Source of the DNA: Anolis carolinensis
Taxonomy: Eukaryota
Direction of reading: 5' to 3'
Assembly: GCF_035594765.1 (NCBI RefSeq)
Contig: NC_085841.1
Span: 291,285,402-291,349,401, forward strand
Length of the DNA stretch: 64,000 bases
The stretch's first letter is position 1. The number at the start of each line of letters is the position of its first letter. A program made the translations under genes and the position numbers. Under the pieces are notes generated by a model. That model did not search any database. It was not told the origin of the DNA and saw only the letters and a program-made list of their open reading frames with translations. Below are positions 36,101 through 45,512 of this stretch, piece by piece.

Positions 36101-36956
36101 TGGGTTATATGGCTGTGTGGAAGAGCCCCCAGTTTCTCAGGGCCCTTCCACACAGCCATATAACCCAGAATATCAAGGCACAAAATCCCACATTATCTGA
36201 GTGTGGATTTTCTGCTTTGATATTCTGGGATACAGGACTGCGTGGAAGAGCCCGGGGTTATTTGACTCCACAATGCCATATATTCCAGTTCAAAGCAGAT
36301 AATGTGTGATTGTATTTAGCTGTGTGGAAAGGGCCTCCAAGGCCTGGTTCGGGCCAAGCCAGCTCTCCTGCCCAGAGAGAAGAGAAGGCGGCGCACCTGT
36401 TGGAGCCGCGGGGAAAGAAAGCAGCAGAAGGGGGGGGGGGAATGTTGGTATCTACACCGCAGAATTAATGCAGTTTGGCACTGCTTTAACTGCCGTTGCT
36501 TAATGCTGTGGAATCCTAAGAGCTGCATTTTGGCGAGGCAGGAGAAAGAAAGCTCTAGGCCTTCACTTCAGAAGGATTCCACGGCACTGTTAAAGTGGTG
36601 CCAAATGCATTAGTTCTACAGCAGGCCCGGGGAAACTTGGGCCTTCCAGGAGCTTTGGACTTCAACTCCCACCATTCCTAACAACCTGCCCATGCTTGTT
36701 CTACAGTGTGGACGGGCCCCATCCCTCCCTCGCCGCCTTCCATGTTCCTCTTGGCCTCCTTTTTGCAGCCTGGCTTCCAAAAACACCGCGTCCGCGCCCG
36801 CTTCCTTCGGCCGCCTTTGCCCGCCCCGCCTGCCTGCCTGCCGGCGCACCTGGTGAGATCCCTGTAGTCGAGGCAGCTGAGGATGAGGAGCAGCGGGTCG
36901 GTGGGAAGCAGCCCCAGGCTCAGCAGTCCCGCGTCCAGCTCTCCGGGCGCCGCCAT
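17989..36956 (-). CDS. FBXO3: F-box only protein 3 (F-box + SMI1/KNR4 + ApaG + acidic tail), 11 coding exons, 455 aa
   Basis: Exons 36956-36850, 32489-32400, 30862-30699, 30016-29902, 27965-27761, 26258-26213, 25078-24994, 21882-21760, 20062-19947, 19566-19376, 18114-17989. All introns GT-AG and phase-consistent (1368 nt). Translation matches FBXO3 motifs [64 protein letters not shown]. Confidence 0.97.
19376..19566 (-). CDS. FBXO3: FBXO3 exon 10
   Basis: [63 protein letters not shown]; tag / gtaagt. Confidence 0.95.
19947..20062 (-). CDS. FBXO3: FBXO3 exon 9
   Basis: [38 protein letters not shown]; tag / gtaagg. Confidence 0.95.
20425..20833. mobile_element. Tigger-like MITE in FBXO3 intron 8
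   Basis: TIR CAGGCAGTCCCCAAG / CTTGGGGACTGCCTG. Confidence 0.8.
21760..21882 (-). CDS. FBXO3: FBXO3 exon 8 (start of ApaG domain)
   Basis: [40 protein letters not shown]; tag / gtagga. Confidence 0.95.
22763..23116. mobile_element. Old non-autonomous hAT element
   Basis: cagtggttctc... / ...ggacccctg termini; 8-bp TSD ttctaatg/ttgtaatg. Confidence 0.65.
23226..23693 (+). mobile_element. L2 LINE 3' fragment with (TAAA)n tail
   Basis: [13 protein letters not shown]...[16 protein letters not shown]...[10 protein letters not shown]; tail gagccgccctgagtccc...aaataaataaa. Confidence 0.88.
24375..24634. mobile_element. Chapaev3-like (CMC) non-autonomous element
   Basis: Perfect TIR CACTATGTAACA / TGTTACATAGTG with 3-bp TAA TSD; second copy near 31807-32312 interrupted by a SINE. 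Confidence 0.65.
24994..25078 (-). CDS. FBXO3: FBXO3 exon 7
   Basis: [27 protein letters not shown]; tag / gtatgt. Confidence 0.95.
25163..25885. mobile_element. Non-autonomous hAT element in FBXO3 intron 6 (same family as 4983-5951)
   Basis: TIRs CAGTGGTTCCCAAA / TTTGGGAATCACTG; perfect 8-bp TSD gtctatat. Confidence 0.9.
26213..26258 (-). CDS. FBXO3: FBXO3 exon 6
   Basis: [15 protein letters not shown]; aag / gtaaaa. Confidence 0.93.
27761..27965 (-). CDS. FBXO3: FBXO3 exon 5
   Basis: [68 protein letters not shown]; tag / gtaaga. Confidence 0.96.
28030..29795. mobile_element. Tigger/pogo-like element (CCGTATTTACTCGA terminus) with a nested minus-strand L2 fragment (~28120-28815) and MITE pieces
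   Basis: ta-ccgtatttactcgagtctaatg left end; degenerate right end gcgcattagaattgagta; L2 3' ORF and (TAA)n tail inside; short relative near 24179-24357. Confidence 0.6.
29902..30016 (-). CDS. FBXO3: FBXO3 exon 4
   Basis: [37 protein letters not shown]; cag / gtaaga. Confidence 0.95.
30699..30862 (-). CDS. FBXO3: FBXO3 exon 3
   Basis: [54 protein letters not shown]; tag / gtatgt. Confidence 0.95.
32012..32239 (-). mobile_element. tRNA-derived SINE with L2-type tail, inserted in the Chapaev-like copy
   Basis: Minus strand: box A tggcgcaggcgg, box B gttcgaggcc, tail ...gggcggaatataaat...aaataaat. Confidence 0.75.
32400..32489 (-). CDS. FBXO3: FBXO3 exon 2
   Basis: [29 protein letters not shown]; cag / gtaagt. 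Confidence 0.95.
33125..33259. mobile_element. Palindromic hAT MITE
   Basis: CAGGCATCTTCAAACT / AGTTTGAGGATGTCTG; TSD ttctattg/ttttattg. Confidence 0.7.
33334..33656. mobile_element. Tc1/mariner MITE (CAGTAGAG family)
   Basis: TIRs and TA TSD; near-identical to the other copies. Confidence 0.88.
34689..34825 (+). mobile_element. Penelope-like element terminal-repeat fragment with minimal hammerhead motif
   Basis: cctcacaacctCTGAGGAtgcc...gcGAAACGTCaggaga...catacagccc...gaaagccttcgacaatacat. Confidence 0.75.
35575..36340. mobile_element. Mosaic of Penelope fragments and Harbinger-like MITEs (gggcccttccacacagccatataacccagaata repeats in both orientations)
   Basis: Penelope wording ggaattccagacaagaaacaatcagggccagctaacacctccca and gggcgaaacgtcaggagagaatgcttctggaacatggcc; back-to-back MITE termini near 36097-36172. 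Confidence 0.7.
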
Positions 36957-37070
36957 CTTGCTCCGCCTCACGCTCGGGCCTCCGCCTCCTGCTCTCGCTC
37001 CGCCTCCCTTCCCTTCAACTAGGCCCAAGCCTGGGCCTTGTCACCCTGGGAAACCTCGGATAGATAGCTC
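36700..37070 (-). promoter_or_regulatory. FBXO3 CpG island / TATA-less promoter with YY1-type motif over the start codon
   Basis: High GC/CpG; CGCCATCTTG (YY1-like) at 36951-36960; CTCCGCCTC GC-box-like repeats upstream. Confidence 0.7.
36850..36956 (-). CDS. FBXO3: FBXO3 exon 1 (coding part)
   Basis: aagATGGCG start; [35 protein letters not shown]; donor AG|gtgcgc. Confidence 0.95.
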
Positions 37071-37169
37071 ACGCAGGCCTGGGCAAACTTGGGCCCTCCA
37101 GGTGTTTTGGACTTCGACTCCCACCATTCCTAACAGCCTCAGGCCCCTTCCTTTTCCCCCTCAGCCGCT

Positions 37170-37400
37170 TACTGTTGTACACTTACGAAACACAGACTGT
37201 CTACAATCATCTGGAACGATCCCATCAGCATTACCTTGGGGAACATCCTGCCAATTGTCCTGGAACACAAGCACTGAAGCCGTCACTCTCCACCATCAAC
37301 GTCGCTGGCCTGCCCACGTTGTCCGAATCCCATCAACTTCACTGGACTTGCCTCAACTCAAGAGCGGAAAACTGAATGTCAACAAACAGCAGAAGAAATC
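37170..37400 (+). mobile_element. Degenerate RTE-clade LINE fragment next to the FBXO3 promoter
   Basis: Frameshifted LLY..ET.TVY..LERSHQ..L / TS.EA..LHHQ.RW..HVVR.P / LKSGK.NV motifs of the RTE ORF C-terminus. Confidence 0.65.
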
Positions 37401-37457
37401 TGGGGGCTCTTCCACACAGCCATATATCCCAAAATATCAAGGCAGAAAATCCCACAA

Positions 37458-37650
37458 TATCTTGTCGAAGGCTTTCATGGCTGGAATCACAGGGTTGTTG
37501 TGTGTTTTCTGGGTTGTATGGCCATGTTCCAGAAGTAATCTCTCGAGGTTTCACCCACGTCTATGGCAAGCATCCCCAATATACCTCACAACCTCTGACG
37601 ATGCCTGCCATAGATGTGGGCGAAGCGTCAGGAGAGAATGCTTCTGGAAG
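37458..37650. mobile_element. Penelope terminal-repeat fragments as an inverted pair
   Basis: 37458-37575 is the reverse complement of the repeat that recurs forward at 37584-37650; inverted terminal repeats are typical of Penelope insertions. Confidence 0.7.
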
Positions 37651-40600
37651 AGTGGTATTCTTTCTAGAGATTCCTTAGAGACCATTTTAATCAAATTTGT
37701 ACATAATCAAATCCGCAAAAGTCAAAACTGCAGCTGTGGATGGACAAATGTAGTACTCGAAGGATTCCCTAGGATGCTGCCATGGAAGTTAATGTGGAAT
37801 TGCAGTGCTATAATTGTGTAGTATGCTATCTCTTTTGTGGATTATATGAGTTTGATTATATGATGCTTCCTTGGGGGTACCCAAGATATGAAATGCTCTG
37901 TTCCCCTGCTTTACATCCCTTGTGAGTTGACTGTGTTTCCATCCTGATGGGATTCCATTCCTTGAACTAGCTGCATTACAACAGACAGAAAATCAGGTCT
38001 GGCTTTTCTTGGGTTTCATTGGGACCCACATTTTTAAGCATGTGTCAGATTTTATGCGAGTGGGGAAATCTGTAAATAATACAAGGCAGAGATTTTCAAA
38101 CATTTCATGCTGGTGATATACCTTTTTAGACATACATTATTTTGTGACTGATTCAGTTTTACCAGCAAACCAGAGGTTAAGCAAACCTTTTATAAGAGAT
38201 AAGGATGCATACATAAACTTTAATAAATAAATGTACGAGAACACAACATACTGCACAAGAACTTTAATTTCTTTTAAAAAAATTATTTATTGAGTATTAC
38301 TCTATTTCGTAGAAGCTTGAATAACAAAGCATAGATGATCTTTTTCTTACAAAGTCACTTTGCCTCTGAAGAGAGCTTTAGTGTAGAATAAATAAAATAG
38401 CATTGAATTCCTTTTTTGACCCTTGTAATAAACATACCAATTACCTCAGTGTTGCTATAAAGAGTAGGCTATAATAAGAACAAAATAGCTATCAAAAGGT
38501 AAAGGCAACTCTCACTTCTGTTAAGTTGAACTTGATTTGAAGTCGTCTCACCATTACTGCTAAGTTGTAGCATAATTGTCTTCCACCATGGAATGCATGA
38601 TATAATAATGAAGAAAGTACCAGTAAAGATATTGAAATAAATGTCTCTTTTCCATATTACTTTTTGATTACAAGACTCCCATATGAAGTCCCATAGGTTT
38701 GGATTTTAGGATAAAGCATTTCTCAAGAGATTTGATTCTTACTATTTGTCTGGATACTAATTGTTTCATATAGAATTGTAGCTCCATAATGCCATTAGTT
38801 TCTCCTCAAACATATTAGCTCCAAAAGTAACTCCTGAGTTCTATGGGGCTGACATCTAAGTTAGGTGTATAGCCATACTTTAAGGCTAGAAATTCTCTTT
38901 TTGAAGTCTTGTGAGCCCTTATCTATATAGCACATGCATTGCTTCCCCACCCCACCCCTGTTATCAGAAAGTAAATTATGGTATGAACTACATGCTGATA
39001 ATTTTGCTTCTCACACATCAGCTGCCTGTTTTTGACAGAGGTAGTGGGCCGGTCACTTTCCTGCCAGCATAACATGGTTTTCAGTAGATTATCGGTACAG
39101 TTTGGTCCAACTAAATTAGAGCTATTGAACAAAATAGAGGTTTAGTTAATTAATAATGTGATTTGCAGTTGTTTGGTATACTCTATTTATAGCTAACCAT
39201 TGAGTTTAGGCTTTCTACAACAGTCCAAACACATCTGTTTGTTTAGCTCTGAATTCTTTGGGTAATCCTAGTTAGTCACCTATTGAATGGTGAGTCAACT
39301 CATATAAATTATATTCTATGGGTTTGTTTTTCAAGTGGGGCTATCAGGCCTTAGGAATGTTTTATTATTTTCAGGATAAAAAACTATTGTAAAATGGTCC
39401 TCTGTTCCATGTGTCTTGGCTCTGAATCTGCAATGAGGTCATTTGAGGTGCTTGTTGGAGTCTTCAGTCACTGTCAGAGGAGGATCATGTCCCCAATGAC
39501 ATCACTGAGTCTCTTTGGGGAGATGGTGGCGGGGTATAAAAATAAAGTTATTATATTATTTTACAAAGGCACAAGAGATCGTTCTTAAATATTGATATTT
39601 ATTATTTTTCCATGTGCCGTCCCCATTTCTTGGAGAGCTAAATAAGAGTCAACTTTGTCTCCCTGTTCAGTTTGACTTATCCTTTCTTATCTGTGTAGAG
39701 TGCTTTGTTCTGGAAACTCAAGTTGCTGAAATTTTGCTTTGAAACTTCTACTAGTAGCAAAATGTATTTCAAGAATATGCCTCCAAGAGGGCTTCTTGTA
39801 TTTTTTGTCACTAATATCACAGCATCTAGGAAGAGTAGGTTTTAGCAGTACAGTATAAGAAAATGGAGTGAAATTATTGTGAAACATTCTTGTTTTGCTA
39901 GTTAAAGAAGGAAGATTCACTGCAGACAATCACTATCTCATCTTTATATCTTATATGTTTCATAGTTTCTTTTCTTAAAAAAGCACAAAAAGCTATAACA
40001 GAAAATAAAATATAATTTTCAAAATAACACATAGCTTTTCACTTTTAGTATTGTATTGTAGTATTGTATTGATTGTGCTGGGGTTGGAAGGTCAATGGTT
40101 AGCATTGCACTGAGACATATTAAAGGTGGTCTGAACTCAAGGATCTCCGAAATAATTATTCTGTCCAAAGAGATTAGTACAATGGGTCTGACTTCCCTAG
40201 CTGTATTTTGAAAAGAAGCGGAGAGCTACTTTTGCTCTTCACATGAAATCCTGTGGCATTGTAACCTAATCCAATAAATATGCATGTTTATGATAACAAA
40301 TATTAAAAAATAAAAATAGCATTCAACAGTTGACTTGTGATGAAGGCCAGCTGTCAACTGAAATCTTATTAGGAAAAAAATTGGTACAAAACGACCCCTA
40401 TATCTTTGAACCTTGATATACATAGTTTTGCTTATCCACTGTTTCACTTATTTAGTTAGGGCCTCTTATACAAGCTATACTTTCTTCTCAGTGTGTCTGT
40501 CATTCATCCCAATGAAAATAATTGTGTTTGCTATTATCCCCAAATTGGTGTATTCACACCAAGTCTAAAAATGTATCTCCCTCAGATTTGGAGATCATGC

Positions 40601-41043
40601 TGTACTTCTAAATAGGAGAGCTGCTAAATTGTAATTACCTAGTTCTGCAGTGGTTGAAAGGTCTTTCAAGAATGACGAGGTACTGCAGCCTAAGTCTTTA
40701 CCATGCTATTCAGTTTTCCCTGTCTAATTTATGGTTTAGTTGTCAAAACATCTGATTTTTCAAATTATGTAGCAATTATGTGGCACCTTAAAGGCTGTCT
40801 AGTTTATTATAGTATCTATTTTCATGGTCACCTCATGCTTTAATAAATGTGCCACATGACTTTTTTATTTTTACAACAACAGATGAAGGTAACAAGCTCT
40901 TTGTAAACAATGAAATGCTGTGTCTCTCATCCAGTTACGTTTAAAAATAAAACAGTGCAGTTCTGTTTCTAATATTGGACATATTGGACACTCCTGTTAA
41001 TACTTACAAAATATACAGGTGCATAGTCTCCAAAATATTTGTA

Positions 41044-41476
41044 CAAATTGAGCATCCCTTTTCTGAAATTTCAAATGCATCAAAATACAAAATTATCTAC
41101 ACGGATGGCTGTGAATGAATATTTGCTTTCCAGTGGTTTAGCATATACAAACGTGGTTCTATGCACAATATTATTTAAAATATTGCATTGTATTATCTTT
41201 GGACTATGTGTATTAAGTATCTATGAAACAGAAATGAATTTTATGTTTAGACTTGAGTCCCATTTCCAAGATATATTGCTACAGATGTATAAGCAAATGC
41301 AAGTATTCTAAAATCTGAGAAGAACCGAGATCCAAAACACTTTATATCAGTGGTTCTCAACCTGTGGGTACCAGCTGTTAGGATTTCTGGGAGTTGAAGA
41401 CCACAACATCTGGGGACCCACAGGTTGAGAACTACTGCTTTATACCAAGCATTTTGGAAAAGGGATACTCAACTTG
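41044..41476. mobile_element. Old Tigger4/MER46-like MITE with a nested hAT MITE (41348-41437)
   Basis: ta-caaattgagcatccctt / aagggatactcaacttg-ta termini; inner CAGTGGTTCTCAACCTG element with ctttatat/ctttatac TSD. Confidence 0.7.
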
Positions 41477-44466
41477 TATTAGTTTTTCATCACTCATATT
41501 GCAAAGTTCTTCAGTCTTCCCAGGATTTCCCCAAATATACTTCTTTCTTCAGCACTTCCAGAGGTGTTCATGAAAAAAAGATAATTAATCTTAACCTTAA
41601 TTTAAGTAATGTTCAAAGAAATAGCCATGTTAGTCTGTAACAGTATACGAAGGACTGGATGGCCCTCTTCCAACTCTATGATTCTGGCCATTTGTGTGGT
41701 ATTTTTGCAGTGCAGTGTGGGGCAAGGAATTCATCTTCCAGCAGCCGTTGCTCATATGCCTAAATCTAAATCCAACATTGCTTACAGAGCAACATCTGTG
41801 ACAAAGCAGATCATACGTGTCATCTGTCAACACTTTTGTAAATTATTTTCAAACTGCATTTTTCTGATATGACACAAGATTTTGTGGGTTTCAATTTACT
41901 TTTACCAGCTAATGAAGTTAATGCACTGTTTCCCACTCAATTTTATACTAAGGATTATCTCTGTATATCCTGGCAGATGCTCGAAAACCAGAGGGGGCTC
42001 AGATGAATTTTTAGCTTATATCAAGTAGAGATATTGGAAGGAAAGGTGACTCAGACACAGAAAGACAAAAAATAGAGCACCCAAGGCCACCTCATTTTTG
42101 GAATTTACAGCAGGAGACTGTCAGTTGTATAAATGAGTGATATTGCAGAGTTTTCTTTTTCAAGCGTGCTAGGGATTTGGCAGTGTCTTCAGTTTTGTGC
42201 TGATGTGTCCAGAATCCAAAATAATTTGATTCTTGGGTACAACTATGATTAGAGCACAGTATTACCTTGAAAAAGGAGACAGGAGAGGCAGCTGCTATAC
42301 CCAGCTTTTGCTAACGATATTGCATTCGCAACCAATTCCCATTTGCTCCTTTCACTAAAAACCCTATTATGTGCTGGGGTGATATTACGGCTTTCCCCTG
42401 AAGGGCACAGAATTAAAAAGAGATACTGCCAGTAATACTCATCTTCAAACCATGACATTGAATAATGGGGACAATGGGGGAGAATGATGAATAATGATGT
42501 GTTTTTAAAGATCATGCTCATGCTGAACACATTCAGAAGAAATAAAAATGTAATCCAGTGCCAATTTCTCACTACGTTCTGATTTTATTTTGGTAGACCA
42601 TAGTGGGGTATTCTGCTATATATATGTATAGGATCTCAATGTAATTTCTTCATTACTCGAATATTCTTTCTTCAAAAGAAGATTTAGAATCCATTGATAT
42701 ATTAATCCATCCTGAATTCCCAAAGAGCTTTGCAATAAAAATATACATTAAACAGTGGAGTGCAGTTTGTGCTGATTCTGAATTTGCAAGGTGATTGTAA
42801 CTAATCCTGTCATTCCCTACTTCTTTCTTACAGTCGTCTTGTCTTTTGAGAGGCCTATTTTTTCCAGCAAAATCATGGCCCCATTATGACATCATATTTC
42901 ACCGGGTTATAATCTGAATTTTAGCAATATTCTTAATTAATCCTGCTCAGAGAACAGTTACAGCTTGTCATATTTCTGTGGATATGAACAGCTGCACTAC
43001 AGCATTGATGACTTTGTCATATTATTGTTATTTTCCTGTGGCCATTTGTTGGAATAATTGGGCTTTTAAAAAAATTGTTTGGGAGTCATTCCTCTAAATT
43101 CTCCTAGATTTTCAGAGATCTTATAGCAGCAGTTTTTGCATTTACATGTGAGCACTTCTAAATGGATTGACAATAAAGCTATGGGATCTAAATCATACAA
43201 ATATGAACAATTAAAAAACACCAAAAGCCAGTCAAGAGGTGACATGCAATGCATCTGAACCTGCACAAATTTTGACAGTAACCTTTAAAATTAGTGTGGA
43301 GAAGTGTGAATGTTTCCCAAATCTTTTCAAATATAAGGGATTTGTACATTTCTTTAGAACTACGGATGGATAATAATCTTCTACCATGCTACAGCTGGCC
43401 CATGCCTCTTCTTCAGCATTTCATTTTTGTGCCTTGTTAATCATCCAGAAGATGATTTGATGGTTTCTGCCATATGAAGCATCCTGAGAATCCATCCACA
43501 AAATCAGCAAATGGACTGAACAGCATATAATCTTAGCACAACAGCTATTTAAATCCTTATTTAAATAAAACAGCACAATATCCAGTGAGCATGAAGCTAA
43601 TCAGAAAGGGCAGCCACAGTATTGTCTGTCCATTAAAAAAAACTTGTAGCTTAAAGTCCATAGCTCTCAATTTTTAAAGAGCTCCATATTATTAGAAATT
43701 TAAGCTGAAATTCAAACACATATTCCAGGAAATAAGTCCCATGGAACACAATGAAATGTACTTTGGGGTAAACCTGATGAAGTTTGACCCAGTGCATTAA
43801 TATTTATGGAGGAAGAATGATTTTTCAGTTGCTTCATATTCTTCTCTTCAAAATACCATATGAGATACTCTTTCTAAAGAGCATGAACACAGCATTATCA
43901 CATCATGAAAACAGTAGGTCCTTGGTATCCCTTGGGTTTTGTACCCCTCATGGATACTAAAATCCATGGATGCTCAGGTCCCATTATATACATTGGTGTA
44001 ATAAAATGGTGACCCTTATATTAACTGACAAAATTGAAGTTTGCTTTTGGATTAAAAAAATGTATAACCATATATGGTTAAATCCTTGTATGCAGAATCT
44101 GTGGAAATGGAGAGGAGACTGGAATATAATAGGCACCTATGACATTCTGCAAACTATATGGGAGTCACAAAAACAGTGGAAGTGCTGACTGAGCAGAATA
44201 CATCTTAGTAAGGAGAGGATTTCTATTTCATCTTTCTTATGCTTTTTATATTGCTCCATGCTGGTTACCAACAAACATCAATGAAATCTAAAAAAGGATA
44301 TTCAGTGATAAAGAAGTGTGATATTTTCACAACAAAATGATAACTCAAGAGAAGAAACTCTGTACATAGCAATGAAGTACAGTAATGACTTTGTGTTTGT
44401 TATACTAAAACATTCACCTAAGAAGGCCACTAATAAAGAAAAACACAGCTCTGAGATGAGTTACTT

Positions 44467-44472
44467 TTTTAT
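44467..44472 (-). terminator. Candidate LMO2 distal polyadenylation signal AATAAA
   Basis: Minus-strand AATAAA about 820 nt after the stop, followed about 25 nt later by GU/U-rich tgtgtttttcttt. Confidence 0.55.
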
Positions 44473-45067
44473 TAAATCTGCAGGATCTTACTACACACAA
44501 TTATTTGTGTTTCCTATGTTAATAAAATAGCTGAGCAACTCTTCATTTGTATACAAATGAGTGGTAGAATTTCTCATTTTCAAGGAATGACAGCTGAACA
44601 TAGCTGTGTGCATCTTAGTTTGCTTGAATCATTGCTTAGAATTTAAGGTTTCAGTCCTCTTGCCCAGTCACATGCCATTAAGTCTGCCAAACCCTTAAAT
44701 GTATATAACTGGTTGTATATTTGTGCAATGCTGCAGCCAGAGGTTATATTTTTAATTCCATATGTGGGATGGGGACAGGAATTATTTCCATGCTGGGGTA
44801 AGGTACCTCTCCTTCCATATCTAGAATTTAAAGAATTGGAGTTCCAACCCCCTTCTCTCTACATCTTTCTGACACCATCTCATTTTGAATTAATGTTGGG
44901 ATTATGGTCTATATAGAGTAAATAGAAAGGACATTTAAAAATTCAGTTTCACAACCTAGTCTGCATGTGTCAAAGTCATAATATTTTTACACATTACTAC
45001 TGTATAGTCAAGGAAATCCATTGTCTTCATTTGTAGATTCCCCAGTTTTCATAATCATCTCCAAGAA

Positions 45068-45076
45068 TGTCAGTTT
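45068..45076 (-). promoter_or_regulatory. miR-223 seed match (AAACTGACA) in LMO2 3'UTR
   Basis: Plus strand tgtcagttt equals miR-223 nt 1-9 (UGUCAGUUU); LMO2 is an established miR-223 target in mammals. Confidence 0.7.
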
Positions 45077-45292
45077 ATTATCAGAGCTTGTTTGTAACAA
45101 AACTCTACCTATTTGCTAATGTTTCAAACCCCAGGTGTCATCTGTACACAATACAGTGTATGTGTTTTCTGTTGTATTTTCCCTTTCCCCAGCACAAAGC
45201 ATGTAGATGTTGTGATTGGTGCTCTTACCACCACACCTAGATATTTGTGTTCCCCATGAAATGGATTATTGAGCTTATGAGGCACTGGTCGG

Positions 45293-45512
45293 CTATACCA
45301 TCCCATTGATCTTAGTCCACTCATAGATGTCCTGCTCACACACTATGTCTGAGTTGATGAGAAGGTATCTGTCACCAACACAAAAGTGTTTTTGGCAGGC
45401 AGCACACTTGAAGCATTCCAGATGGTAGACTTTGTCTTTCACTCTCATGGTCATCTCATAAGCCCGGATGCGTTTGTCACAGGAGGCACACAAGCCATCT
45501 TGGCCAAAAAGC
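45293..45512 (-). CDS. LMO2: LMO2 LIM2 / last exon (coding part)
   Basis: ttttcccttttcctcaag|G CTT TTT GGC CAA ...; TAG at 45293-45295. Confidence 0.97.

Noticed and set aside
36883-37821. 312-aa ORF antisense to FBXO3 exon 1
   Set aside because: Runs through GC-rich antisense sequence, a hAT MITE, RTE and Penelope fragments; no coherent protein
37800-44400. Hidden gene between FBXO3 and LMO2
   Set aside because: Only short AT-rich ORFs and old repeats; I found no exon chain with protein similarity, though a lncRNA cannot be excluded from sequence alone
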